DNA of 63,770 bases, filler included, from Octopus bimaculoides (GCF_001194135.2; 4 parts of 4 records of this genome joined end to end with filler, not necessarily neighbours in it), one strand, 5' to 3'; shown: positions 38,904-51,349, counted from the first letter of the whole stretch. Notes: generated from the sequence alone by a model not told the origin. A program made the numbers and translations.

Positions 38904-39798
38904 NNNNNNNNNNNNNNNNNNNNNNNNNNNNNNNNNNNNNNNNNNNNNNNNNNNNNNNNNNNNNNNNNNNNNNNNNNNNNNNNNNNNNNNNNNNNNNNNN
39001 NNATATATATATATATATATATATACACATACAAATTTGGATCAACCTCAGTATATTGTTGGTGCTTAGTTTATCAACCCTGGACAGGTGTAAATCAAAG
39101 TTGACCTACACAAGATTAGCACAGGAAATGCAGAAGAATATAACTAAATAATGAAAGGCACAGTACTAATTCTAGCACATCTCTATCTCTTTTTATCATT
39201 CTATAGCTATGAAATATTGACATCATAAGCCAAACAATGAGTAAGAAAAAGAAGAAATTAAAAATTAACTGCAGTCTAATATTGACAGCAACACTTCAAA
39301 CTCAAAGACAATGAAAAAAAGATTCTCAGTAAAAAGAAATATGAGCCATTTTCAGAGTGAAACAAAGCAGGATATAGTTAGTGACAACAGAAATAGTTAT
39401 GAAGGGATATATCAAGTGTCGTTGAGGAAATGTGGACAATAGAACAATTGTATGATTCTAGATAATCCTCAAATTTGAATACTAGTGAAAAAATGTTTTA
39501 ACTGATAATCAAATAAGAGTATATGGAAAGGAATCAGTAACTAGATACTATAAAAGATATTTTACAGATTTTGTAATTTTAGTAAATTCATATAAAAGAG
39601 GTTGTTTTGTTCATAACAAATCATACAGTCCACCCTCTCCAACACTACCTCAATCCATCTTTTGGCAGAGGTTGTTGTGCCTCTTGCAAGACTAAAGAGG
39701 ATCTACTTTTCCTTTGTTGATTCCAGTTATTTGCTTCTTCCCATACAACTGGGGGTGTAGAAACATTTCTATCAAAAAACCCAGGACTGAGAGGGAGG

Positions 39799-40545
39799 TC
39801 ACTCAGCCAAAAAAGTTCTTTCCTCCTGTAGTTGATCGGTTTGGTTTGTAGCAGGCACTACATCTACGTACCTCCGTTTTGGGGCAGGTGGTGCGTAGTC
39901 CTTTCCTTTTGGCAGGTGGTTTCTGCCCTGTTTCATGTTTATGTGGCGGGGTCTTTGGTGTGCAAAACGGCAGCCTGCACTTCCTCTCAATGCCAGCAGA
40001 CACCTTTCAAATAGAATTTGCATATTTGTGTGTGCTGTCTCTTTTCTCTTTCTATCCTTTTTGTTATATGAGTAGTCAGGTTTGCTTCTTTCTTTGGCTG
40101 TTTCATCTTTTGTTTTTGTTTTAGTTTTTCCTGCTTTTAATTCTTCTTTCTTGGCCCTTTCACCTCCATGGTTTTTCGTTTTGATGGTGGTAGGGGCACT
40201 TTCACTTGGGTTTACTTTCCGGGCAGGTTTCTTGCTTGAATCTTCTTTGTTTTCTTGAGTGTCTACCAAGTGGGGGTAACATCTTTCATCTGCATCCGTG
40301 CTCCCATCCTTGTCATCTTTGCTGTGTTTATTATCAAAGATGGCATCAAGAGTGCTGATATGGGATCGTATGAGAGCATAGGAACATGCAAACTCCTGCT
40401 TCTTTCGTTCTATCTGTGCTAATATTCTCGTGTAACCATTGCTCTTCAGCGCAGCAGTGATTATATTATTTGGGTTTTCTCCTTCAGCACAGTGCCACGC
40501 TCTCAAAAACAATGCCAATTCCATGTTTCTCCAGGTTCTGGACAT
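39799..40545 (-). CDS. Intronless 248-aa ORF: Myb/SANT-like N-terminus, Lys-rich linker, frameshift-disrupted CCCH zinc finger (gene or pseudogene, possibly TE-derived)
   Basis: Longest non-repeat ORF in the window, with start context aaaaATGt. WRNMELALFLRAW...IITAALKSNGYTRILAQIERKKQEFACSY fits the trihelix/MSANTD pattern W-x3-E...GY-x-R-x3-Q-x3-K-x3-L-x3-Y. QICKFYLKGVCWH lies in the +1 frame (40022-39990) and GCRFAH in the main frame (39975-39958). Confidence 0.6.
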   Translation of the reverse strand: MSRTWRNMELALFLRAWHCAEGENPNNIITAALKSNGYTRILAQIERKKQEFACSYALIRSHISTLDAIFDNKHSKDDKDGSTDADERCYPHLVDTQENKEDSSKKPARKVNPSESAPTTIKTKNHGGERAKKEELKAGKTKTKTKDETAKERSKPDYSYNKKDRKRKETAHTNMQILFERCLLALRGSAGCRFAHQRPRHINMKQGRNHLPKGKDYAPPAPKRRYVDVVPATNQTDQLQEERTFLAE

Positions 40546-40688
40546 TTTTGTGGTTAATTTATTAATTTATCTATCTATTTATTTATTTATTATTATTGTT
40601 TTTAAATTTTAAGTGTGATGGAGGGTAGTGAAGAAATAAAGAAAGAAAGTGTTTATATTTAGAGAGATTGACTGGCTGAGAGAAGAGA

Positions 40689-41141
<453 letters not shown>

Positions 41142-43339
41142 AGAAAGAACAGTGGAAGAGAGATTAAGGGTCTGAGAGAAGAATTATGGGATGATGGAAT
41201 GAAGTAAAAAGATAGAGAGAGAGGGTATCTACATATTTAGAGAGAAGCAATAGAGAAAGGGGAAAAGACAGTATGATGGAGAAGAGAGCGAGAGAGAGAA
41301 GTTATGTAAACTCTTGAAAAGGATTCAACTTGGATAGGCAAAAATAAATAAAGGAACAAACAATTATATACCTATCTATAACTAAAGAAATTCTCTTAAA
41401 TCAGGAATAATGAAAGTTAAACNNNNNNNNNNNNNNNNNNNNNNNNNNNNNNNNNNNNNNNNNNNNNNNNNNNNNNNNNNNNNNNNNNNNNNNNNNNNNN
41501 NNNNNNNNNNNNNNNNNNNNNNATGCTAGCATGGAAAGCGGACGTTAAACGATGATGATGATGATAGACATACGGTAAAATTGTTAAATACTTGGTAAAA
41601 TTAATAATTACCAATTAATTATTAATTTTTACCCTATGCCTGTATGAGTATATATATATAAACTCCTAAAAACAGCAAGTCGTAATTAGAGACGAGGTGC
41701 AACTTTACCTTGTCGCGTCATGCTGAAAAACAGCACTTGATTACATAAATATTTTCCCTTAATGAAAGCTCTTTTCTCCTTTGGTAGAAACAGGTGATTT
41801 TCTCTAAAGAATTTGTCAGGTATCCTACATTAGAGATAATTGCGTGTCCTTATGTGTAAGCGAAACGTAGAAGAATCTAAGAAATTCCCCCAACGTGCTT
41901 AAAGAAAACCATGAGAATTTCATAAGAGCATTATATTAGAAACGAACAGGTTTTGAGAAAAGCATCGTTGTATAGACACAAAGAAAACAGGGAAAACGAA
42001 GAGTGCCAATAGTTGGTCACATTCTGCAGTCTCGAGATATCATCAGTATATGAAAAAAAAAAGTGGGTGGGGGCATTAAGATGGACACATACAGGCGGAA
42101 GAAGGAAAGGGGGGGGGGGACCATAGGACATTTCTGAGAACAGAATTACAGACGAACACACATACTATCGAGAACACAAGACTGTTGGTGATGCAGTAAC
42201 ATGTGCAGGATGAATTGTCTATAAAATAGACATTCACTAGCCATGAAGGAAGGTAACTATGTGGTCGCTTGATCTGCTAGAAATAGCTGCCAGACTTTCT
42301 TCAAGTCTTAATCCACTGTTACAAAAAAAAAAAATTTTTTTAAATAAGAAGTGGGGATTGGATAATATAGTAAAAATAACTGAGTTCTCCTTAAATAAAT
42401 TTCGTTCACTTACAAAGGTATTCATCACACAATCTTGTTTCTAATCCTTAATAAGCTTTATTAAAACGCCGAATGAAAATACAGAGGCATCAATAAAGTG
42501 ATTAATCAAACTGCTAACAAGCAGCTTGTCTGGCTTAGTCAATAAATGAGCTCCGGAGAGGTCATTTGTCCTTTAGCACAAGGATATTTTAGAAGGCTCT
42601 TAAATATCTTTATAACTATATACATAAACGTGCGTGAGTCGTCTAAGTCATCGAAGATTCCGTTCGTTAAATTATAGCGTACAAATTACGATAGGAAATT
42701 TCAGATATTTATACCCTTGCCAATCGATCGTACACTTCAGACTATACGGCTATATGTTTATGAGAGAAAAAGAATACCAAGTTAGAATGTCTGTGTCTTT
42801 CACAAGGACATGATCGATTAATGTGTTTGGTTATATAATGCTTGGAACGGGCAAAGCAAGATGAAGATATTGCAACAAGAGAATACTTCTGCAATTCGTC
42901 AAAAATCCTTAAAATTCTCATATACATACATATATACACATGTATTTCTTTCTCGCTCTAGTTGTTTACAAATGTAAAACTATTTTAACATATAAGACTA
43001 ATGTTTCGAAAACATCTGCACAAAATTGAAAAGTTGGAAAGTAAATACAGTTTAAAATACTAATCCCCAAAACCCACTTTTTAAAAATTTAAAGATAGAC
43101 TCTGCTCTAAGGTTGGCATTAAAAAGAAGGCAAGAACACAAAAGAATAGAGTGTCGAAATATACAATTATCACGCCAATTTAACAAGTTTATCAATTGTC
43201 GTTTCCTTAGTAGGATGAAGAGACTGAGAGATCGTGAGGTTCATGCGACATACGACTTCTATAATAAAAGCCTCAAACACACGAATAAATTAAATTGTAT
43301 GTCGAGACGACATAAAATTAAATTATCTAGCATCAAGCT

Positions 43340-43411
43340 AGCTCTGACCAAGCAAACTTATTTATGATCGAGCTCTGACCAAGCAAACTTATTTATGATC
43401 GAGCTGTGACC
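43340..43411. repeat. 31-bp perfect tandem duplication
   Basis: agctctgaccaagcaaacttatttatgatcg x2 plus a partial third unit. Confidence 0.9.
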
Positions 43412-44078
43412 ATCCAATCTTATTGAATACCAGTGTCCTTTCAATTTAAGATGGCAGTGTATGAATTGAAGGAATTTGACTGTTCCTTTTAGAAGAGTGA
43501 ACGATCACAAAGTCTCCCATGTTGGCTCGGTCTCTTACCATTTGCCGACACAGGGAATCACTAGATTCCTTCGGTTCTACTATCTTCTATTAATAACTCT
43601 ATTCACATCAAGGATGCTTTACAAGTATAGTAAATCGATGCCAGTACTTGACTTGTACTCTTTTTATTGACATGAATTGTGATTCAGATTTCAAATAAAT
43701 AAAATATTTTTTATAGATAAAATTCCTCAGAGTGAGTGAAAAGGGGTTAGGTTTGTTATACGATTAACATTTTAAAGTAAACATTGTGAAACGATGATCG
43801 GAACCGGGTTGCGAACTCGGTTTCACAAGAGTTTACTTCTACTGGTATGGACACGCCTCAGTAACCACTAGATTTCATCAGAAATCGATTTCGGTTGCTA
43901 TTTAGTAATAATATTTGACATTGCCCGGGTATTAATTGCAAACATTAAAAATTACCGATGCGAAACAGAACTGAGAAATGAAGGTTCTTATGAAGAAAAT
44001 GTAATTTTCTACTGATATCTTACTATTTTATTACATATGTTTAAAAAGGAATCAAAAGGATAAAGAATTTCGACTTAC

Positions 44079-44110
44079 TGGAAAGTGTGTTCAGATGTCC
44101 ATATCCTCAT
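44079..44110 (-). CDS. PRELID3B: First coding exon of a slowmo/PRELID3-family (PRELI domain) gene
   Basis: Minus strand reads atg agg ata tgg aca tct gaa cac act ttc ca | gtaagtc = MRIWTSEHTF plus a phase-2 donor. Matches the family N-terminus M(K/R)IWTSEHxFxHPW (human MKIWTSEHVFD, fly slmo MKIWTSEHIFN). As I recall it, the family's first intron also falls after 32 coding nt. Only 10 codons are visible. Confidence 0.8.
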
Positions 44111-44164
44111 GATTCGGACGAGTGGTCAGCAGCGACGGAGATGTAGATAACGCTGAAACCACAC

Positions 44165-44210
44165 TCGGCAAAATGACGCAACAGTCATGTGACCAGCTCT
44201 ATTTATAAGG
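44165..44210 (-). promoter_or_regulatory. Putative core promoter of the slowmo-like gene
   Basis: On the minus strand: TATAAATA (44207-44200), GTCACATGAC E-box/M-box (44193-44184), TTGCGTCA bZIP-like site (44181-44174), and TCATTT initiator-like motif (44176-44171) about 30 nt after the TATA and about 60 nt before the ATG. Confidence 0.5.
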
Positions 44211-45024
44211 CTAACAGTAGAGGAAGGTAGCAAATAAGCAATATCTGCTACTTGTACTCTTATATATCTATATATTGATAACTTAGACTGAATTTAGGGG
44301 TATTTTCTGCATTAACTTCACATTTACTAACGGCTGACTTTTCTACAGGATACAGAATACAGTTAGCACCTCATTCACACAGTCTTTCTCTTTCAATGAA
44401 TGTTAAAGAAAGAGAGGAAAGCAGAAGAGAGAGAGAGAGAGGGAGAGAGACAGACAGACATTGAGAGAGAGAGAGAGAAACAGGGAGAGGAAAAACGGAG
44501 GAGAGAGATTCTTTTCTATCAATGTATTCATTATTTTCGCTTTCCGCACATTGTCAAAATACATTTATCGACCTGATGAGTTTGGGGAGCCGGTTTCTCT
44601 TCCTGATTGTCACTAATTCTCTTCATTTGTATTGTTAATGTACGTATTTCCACCGATGTCTACTTTATCTTCCATCCTTTCGAGATCAATAAAATAAGAA
44701 CTGGTTAAGTACTAAGGCTGATATTATCAACCAACCCTCAACCCCAAAATTTCAGGCCTTGTGCCTATAGTAGAAAGGATTGTTTGATGTACGTGAAAAG
44801 GGTATGAATATTGCGTAATCTAATCTCATTTCTTCTGTACGTGAAGCCAATTTAGCTGCACTATTTACCTACAAACAGCATACCCACACTCCACCTACAT
44901 CCACGTGGATAAGACCTTCTTCATACTCGTTCAATTTGTTTAGCAGGGAAACCAAAATCTTTCTCAAAATAGAAACCATTCGGTCTTACGATTCTTGTTT
45001 TGAAAACAAACATTCAGAATCAGA

Positions 45025-45600
45025 TTGGTCTCCTTGTTTAAGTTGGTGAATGCTGCCATAATCCTTACCTTTAGTTCATCTTTGGTGTCACAAGGAGTTT
45101 TGTTGGTCTCTTGCTCAACTGCACCTCACATTATAATCAAGGGTGCTGCAGTCTGGGGAGTTAGCTGGCCAGATGTTAAGAATGATGTGATCGCAGAAAT
45201 TGTCTGACAGCCATGACTGTGTTCTCCTGCATGTGTGCCATTGTACAGAGTCCTGTTACCAGACGTAGGGTCTTCCAGCAGCCACCCTCTTGACCCAGGG
45301 CAGCACTACCTCCTCCTGACACTTGATGTAGGCCTCCGTGTTGAGTCTAAGGCCGTGTGAGAAGGTGAATGGAGGCATAACGTCGCCATCACTAGTGATC
45401 ACTCCAAACACCATGATGTTGACTGGATGTTTGATTTTTATCACTCTCAGTACATGCCCTCAGATGCACTATCCTCAGAAATGTTTGTATTGGAGCTTCC
45501 AGCGCAAATGCTAGTCAGTACAGCATGTCATTTCCAAATTTCTGGCAGAGTGAATTGCATCATGGTGCTGTTTTTCTCACAGATGGTGGTCAAATGACCC
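45025..45600 (-). mobile_element. Internally deleted Tc1/mariner-group (maT/DD37D-like) transposase remnant
   Basis: KHPVNIMVFGVITSDGDVMPPF...LNTEAY...VLPWV...YVW*QDS..WHT...IWPANSPDCSTLDY; a short N-terminal-like segment at ~45560-45470 is joined directly to the catalytic part. Confidence 0.82.
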
Positions 45601-47594
45601 TACTATATACTGTGTAGTTGACAAAATCAAAAACAAATAATGCACAGTGTGCGAAATTAAAAATATAAAATGGCGACAATTTTCCCATCGCACCATGTGT
45701 ATAATTATATGTAAAGGTAAGATCCCAGGATCCAGGTGTAGGAAGTTAGTAAGCTTTGGGCAGTCCATAGAAGGTATAAAAAAACAACTTTTGGAAACAA
45801 TAGTGGTTTATTGATGTAGAAGGTTGTAAATTTTTCCCATATCGAAGTTCGATAATCTGAACAAAGTTATTTTATAGTTCACAGTTAGTATACTGGAGTA
45901 TGTGTGTGCGCACGCACGTTTGCTTTCCATTACCAGCATTGACAACCTGTCTTGGTTTGTTTATGTCCCTGTAACTTAGCAGTTCGTCAAAATGTTCTGA
46001 TCGAACAAGTACTGCATTTACCAAAATGAGTATTGGGTTGATTTGTTCTACTAAACCCTACTATGAGGTGCCCTGGAATGGCTCCAGTCCAATGGCTGAA
46101 CTTGTAAAAGATAAGAGACACCTAGCTAAATGCATACATACATACATAAATGTTGATTACCTTATCTTGTCAAATGATAACCATATAACTTTAATTAAAC
46201 TACACACAAAAAATTAATGGAGACCCAGAATGTGTTAGTGAAAGATTTATTTAGTTGAACATATGAGGGCGACAACTGCCAGTCAACTCCTGTTTTGTAG
46301 AAGCCTGCTTAACCGAGAGTCAAATTCGCTGCAGACCAGCTCCCTAGCTAGCCTGCAGCAAAGTTCCTGTCTACAGGTCATAAATCCTTGGGCAGTACCC
46401 TACAACCATCTCAATTGAGACATCTATACTTCACTGGGTTTAAAGTGAGAAAAGCTTATACAACATTTTTGTCACTCTCTTAGTTGCCAGGGCAGGTTCC
46501 AGAGGCAAGCATTGCAAGATAACTGGTATTATTTTTACTGTAAGTTTTATGTCAGAGTACCTTTCTTCTAGAAGAGATGCCTTACCACTTTGTCAAAAAT
46601 GACAGGAACTTCCTCTAGCCCTGGGAGATCTATTTAACCCATAGATGAAATCCTGACTAGTATTACCATTCTGGAGGGTCAGAACAGGTCTGGGAGAAAT
46701 GCTAATTAAGGGATAACTCTACTCTCCCATTAAATCCAGAGCTCCCAAGTATGTATGTATGACACACTGCCTAAGTAGCAATCTTATTATAATTCTGCTT
46801 GTCATTGCGTTACTTAGCCCATCGTTAATTCTTTCATGTGGTTAGAGAAAAAGAGGGAGAGAGAAATGTCCATGACATGAGGTAAAGGGAATGTAATTGT
46901 AATGTTTTCATGTGATTAGTTGAAGCGAAAAAGGAGAGAGAAGCATTTATGATGTGAGGTAGGGGGAATGTAATATTTATTACATAGTTTAAAAAGTTAG
47001 TTGAAGGTAGAGGAGGAAAGTTAAAAGCATTATTTTAGCAGAGGGGTGATGTTCTGATGGTGAGGTTAATGAAAGGCAGAGAGAGAGGGAGAGAGAGAGT
47101 GGGGGTGGTGGAGAGAGATGATGGTGGTGGTGGTGAAGATGGTGATTGGATAGTGAAAAGTGTATTTTTTAAAATTGAACAAAGGTTTTTATATCACTAA
47201 TCACTTAACACATGCGCATAAGAGCAATTCTTTGAAATATTCACGCTTATTTACATGACAGATATATGTAATTTAACTAAAGATTTTATCATATGTATGG
47301 CGTTTTTTTTTTGTTTATGAGGAAAATGGGTAAATAAGAGTGAATATTTATTTTATGAGTGCTGTGTATTAAATTTGTGAAATTGTGCATAAAGTAAATA
47401 AAGTATATATGTATAAAGTGCATTAAGTAATCATTATATTCCAATTTCCTTCATTTTTTAATAGCAGATGAGTGACTATCTTTTGATACAGACATAACAC
47501 AGGCTATGCTTTCAGGTTTTTTGGATAAAGTTTACAGAAATAACCCAATAGGTTTACCATTAATTCTGTGAAATATTCACGGGTTCTGCTAGTC

Positions 47595-47945
47595 TTAAGA
47601 AACTAGGCTTCTCAAAACCAGAAAGGAGAAAGCCGATTCAAAGACCACAGATTCAAGCCATTTCTGGAACTATAAAAATTTGTAAAACTTTCCAGAAGTT
47701 TATCATTTAAGTATATATGCACATGCCTAGACATGCAACTATATGCATGAGAATACACATATAAAACAAGCATACAAGTCTGTACATGCACTGACTCCAA
47801 ATACTGTATATATACAAACATACATGCAAAAATATCCTGCTGATGTTGAAATTCCAATGAAGAAACCTTGGATCTAAGTTAGAGACTGACTCCTCTCTAT
47901 TGGCAAGAAATTTTGAAATAAAACTGAATAATGACATACATACAC
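47595..47945 (+). mobile_element. Second, shorter copy of the RLE LINE 3' end seen at 49.7-50.0 kb
   Basis: Colinear similarity with 49700-50012 (aggcttctcaaaa...aaaactttccagaagtttatcat...ctagacatgcaactatatg...ctattggca...ctgaataatgacatacatac). Confidence 0.8.
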
Positions 47946-48835
47946 ACATGTCTGAAAAAAAGGAAGAATTGTCATCACTTGCAAGAGAGATAAGTTGGTA
48001 ACAAACTATGCTTTCATTAACTGAGGTGTAGCGAGATCAATTTCTATTATGACATATTAGAGTCAACTAGCCTTTTATATGCTCCACACGCTAAGCTTTA
48101 ATGATTAGTTGTTTGACTTATAATGTGAGTTTAGAACATTTGGTTGAGTCCTGTATTTTGATTGGTTGAGTATTGCACAGGATATGGAACTCAGATCCAA
48201 TCATGTTGTGCACAATACATTCTAGAATAACTAATCTGAATCATTGCTGGAGCCTACATCTTATATATTGAGTTAACAAAACCTCTAAAACAGAAAGGTG
48301 AGAAGATTCCAGTGGGGACGAGTCATGATATTTTCCTGCTGTTATAATGAAGAACATGTAACCAATGACAGCCAGAACTGAATTATCCAAATGATAGATG
48401 AACTATACAACCACCAGAATCCACGATGTGTTTATTTGGTCCACTGTATAATTTAGCAGAGGAATAAAGTCATGCTGTTATTTTAAAGTTATTTCTTGTG
48501 TGATTTCTACAAGTTAACATGCAACACATTATATAATGGTATGCAAAATTTTGTAATAAACCAAGAATGACTTTATATTCACTCAGCTAAAGAGGTACAT
48601 ATGTAGTCGCAAGCAGACATAACTACCCTCTCGGCCCTCCCACCCTTGAGCCAGTGGAACAATCAGAATGTGTCATCTGGAGGAAGAGAGAATTGCACCA
48701 GCATTTGGTTGGTACTCAATTCATCTGAGAAAACTGGAACACTGTAAAATGAAGTGCATTGCCCTGTGTCATAATGCGCTGCCTAGACCAGTAATCAAAC
48801 CTGCAACTTTATGATCGCGAGTCCAGTTGCCATCA

Positions 48836-48855
48836 TACATACATGAGTGCATACA

Positions 48856-48889
<34 letters not shown>

Positions 48890-48923
48890 CATACATATAT
48901 ACATACATACATACATACATACA

Positions 48924-48957
<34 letters not shown>

Positions 48958-49008
48958 CATACATATATACATACATACATACATACATACATACATACAT
49001 ACATACAT
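48836..49008. repeat. (ACAT)n microsatellite
   Basis: Direct observation. Confidence 0.95.
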
Positions 49009-49009
49009 G

Positions 49010-49270
49010 TGATGGTAGTCTCTCATAGTTTGAGAAAGACGGTTCTACAATTTCTTGCTGAAAAACTAGCACAAATGATTTGTTTATAGTGATCAAATGC
49101 ATGAGGTGAACATTAGCTCACTCCCTCCATCAAATCAACATAGCCTGAACAGGTGCACAGTGTTCCACACATCAAGTGTTGAAGTGGTTGCAGAGCAATT
49201 GGAAATAAAGTGTTTTGGCCAAGAACACAACACAACATACGAGCCAGGAACTGAAACCACAACCTTGTTG
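49010..49270 (-). mobile_element. SINE family F
   Basis: Reverse complement homologous to 35335-35590. Confidence 0.65.
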
Positions 49271-49484
49271 TTATGTTTCCCTCGGACTAACAGTCCATAT
49301 AACACTTGTGATCGTTGAGTGTAACACCCTAAACACTAGGTCATATCTATTGGAAGGATAACCCCCAAGGACAAAGAAATAAGAACCCACTGTAGGGTGG
49401 AAGCCATAGCACTCATAATAAAAAGGAGTACTGGTGAAATGTTCCAGTGAAAACCTCAATAAAATGTAAATACAAAAGACCTGA

Positions 49485-50012
49485 CATAATGATTTGGGAT
49501 AGCAAAGAGAAACTGTACAGTTATAGAAATCAGTTACCCAGCAGATGATAACATAAAGCTAAAAGAACAGTGGAAAAGAGAATACCTATGCTGAACTATT
49601 GAGAAATTTACAGTTACTCTTCCCTGATTACAAGTTCAGTTTTATACCTGTAATTATTGGGGAACTGGAATATGTAACACACTACTTAAATACCAATCTT
49701 GAGAAATTAGGCTTCTCAAAATCACAAAGGAGAAAGCTGATTTGAAGACTACAGACCCAAGCCTTCATTGGAACTGTAAAACTTTCCAGAAGTTTATCAT
49801 TTCCAGAAGTTTATGAGCATGTCTAGACATGCAACTATATGAATGAGAATACATACATAAAACAAAACATGCAAATCTGCACACATACATATGTATATGC
49901 AAAATACCCTGTTGATGTTGTTGAAATTCCCAAGAAGGGGCCTTGGATTTAGGTTAGAAACCAGCTCTTTCTCTATTGGCATGAAATTTTGAAATAAAGC
50001 TGAATAATGACA
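49485..50012 (+). mobile_element. RLE-type LINE 3' end ending in (ACAT)n
   Basis: TVIEISYPADDNI...YAELLRNLQLLFPDYKFSFIPVIIGEL...LEKLGFS; the 3' UTR ends ctgaataatgacatacatac. Confidence 0.82.
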
Positions 50013-50479
50013 TACATACATACATACATTATATATAGGTGTGTGTATGTATGTATGTATGTATATATGTATGTATGTATGCATGTATATGTGGGTATAA
50101 ATATGTGTATATATCTTTTTAATTTTGATTTACAGCTGCAGTGTCTATGTGTAAAAGAGAGAGAGAGAGAGAGTGAGAAAGGGAAGGGAGAGAGAGTGAC
50201 TGTTTTCTTTTCATGTATGTATGCTAGTATGTGTAATTCTATGTAAGAACATATTCCTTTCAACCTCTAGCTGACGACATGCTGTGTGAGCTTCCCTTAC
50301 CTGTGTAAAAATGGTGATTTGATGTAATGGGAATGGTTAGCACTATTATGTCTATAATATATTAGTTATAATCTGATTTGTTTAACCACTAAACGAGTTT
50401 AATACAACAAACTGCAGAAATACATCTGACAAAAATAATTTACTGTCGCATTTTAATGATATTATTATAAGTTGCTTCA

Positions 50480-50650
50480 TAAGGTAGTGAGCTGGCAGGA
50501 TCATTTGCATGCTGGGCAAAACGCTCAGTGGCATCTCACACAGCTTTACATTCTGAGTCCAAATTTCACCGAAGTCAACTTTTAGAGCACTGGAGTCGAT
50601 GTAATCAACTGGCACCCTTCCCTGAAATTGGGCTTGTGCTAAAATTTAAA
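50480..50650 (+). mobile_element. SINE family B
   Basis: aaggtagtgagctggcagg...ctgagtccaaatttcaccgaagtcaac. Confidence 0.75.
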
Positions 50651-50661
50651 ACCATTATTAT

Positions 50662-50890
50662 AATTTCATCATCATCATCGTCGTTTAACGTTCGCTTTCC
50701 ATGCTAGCATGGGTTGGACAATTTGACTGAGAACTGGTGAAACCAGATGGCTACACCAAGCTCCAATCTGATTTGGCAGAGCTTCTACAGCTGGATGCCC
50801 TTCCTAACGCCAACCGCTCAGAGAGTGTAGTGGGTGCTTTTACGTGCCACCGGCACGAAGGCCAGTCAGGAGGTACTGGCAACGATATTG
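50662..50890 (-). mobile_element. SINE family C
   Basis: Reverse-complement copy of 35952-36183. Confidence 0.82.
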
Positions 50891-51349
50891 GATCTCGGGC
50901 ATTAATTGGGCTAATTGGAGACATCCTGATGCTCATAAAAGTTAAAGGCAGTTAATATCATAAGAGTAGCACATACTATTTTTACTACTAGGTGACTTTA
51001 GTGCAGTACATGATGACAATTGGAAATCAAATCAATTAAAATAATGTTAATGTAAATGTTATCCACTTTTCATTGCTTCAGATGAGATATCATCCAGAAA
51101 ATAATTAAACTTCCTAAAAATTCTTCTGACAAGATATTATTCAGAAAATAATCTTACTAAAATTTCTTCTCAGATATTTAAAGTTAAATATTTATCATGG
51201 ATGACCTTCAATAGTTATAAGGAATCACAAACTTAGTTCTGCCAAAGTCTATCCCAATCAAAGTTACATAATATGTGGATAACTTGAAAGGATCTTTTCA
51301 GTTACTAATGGTGACATGAGAATCTAGATACTTTCAACAGCAAAAATAT

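Noticed and set aside
43505-43530. PTWETL on the minus strand as slowmo exon 2 (expected HPWETV)
   Set aside because: Immediately followed by a stop, with no polypyrimidine acceptor and the wrong phase.
49008-50012. A single 1-kb element flanked by (ACAT)n on both sides
   Set aside because: The left part is a separate minus-strand SINE F, so the flanking arrays do not define one insertion.
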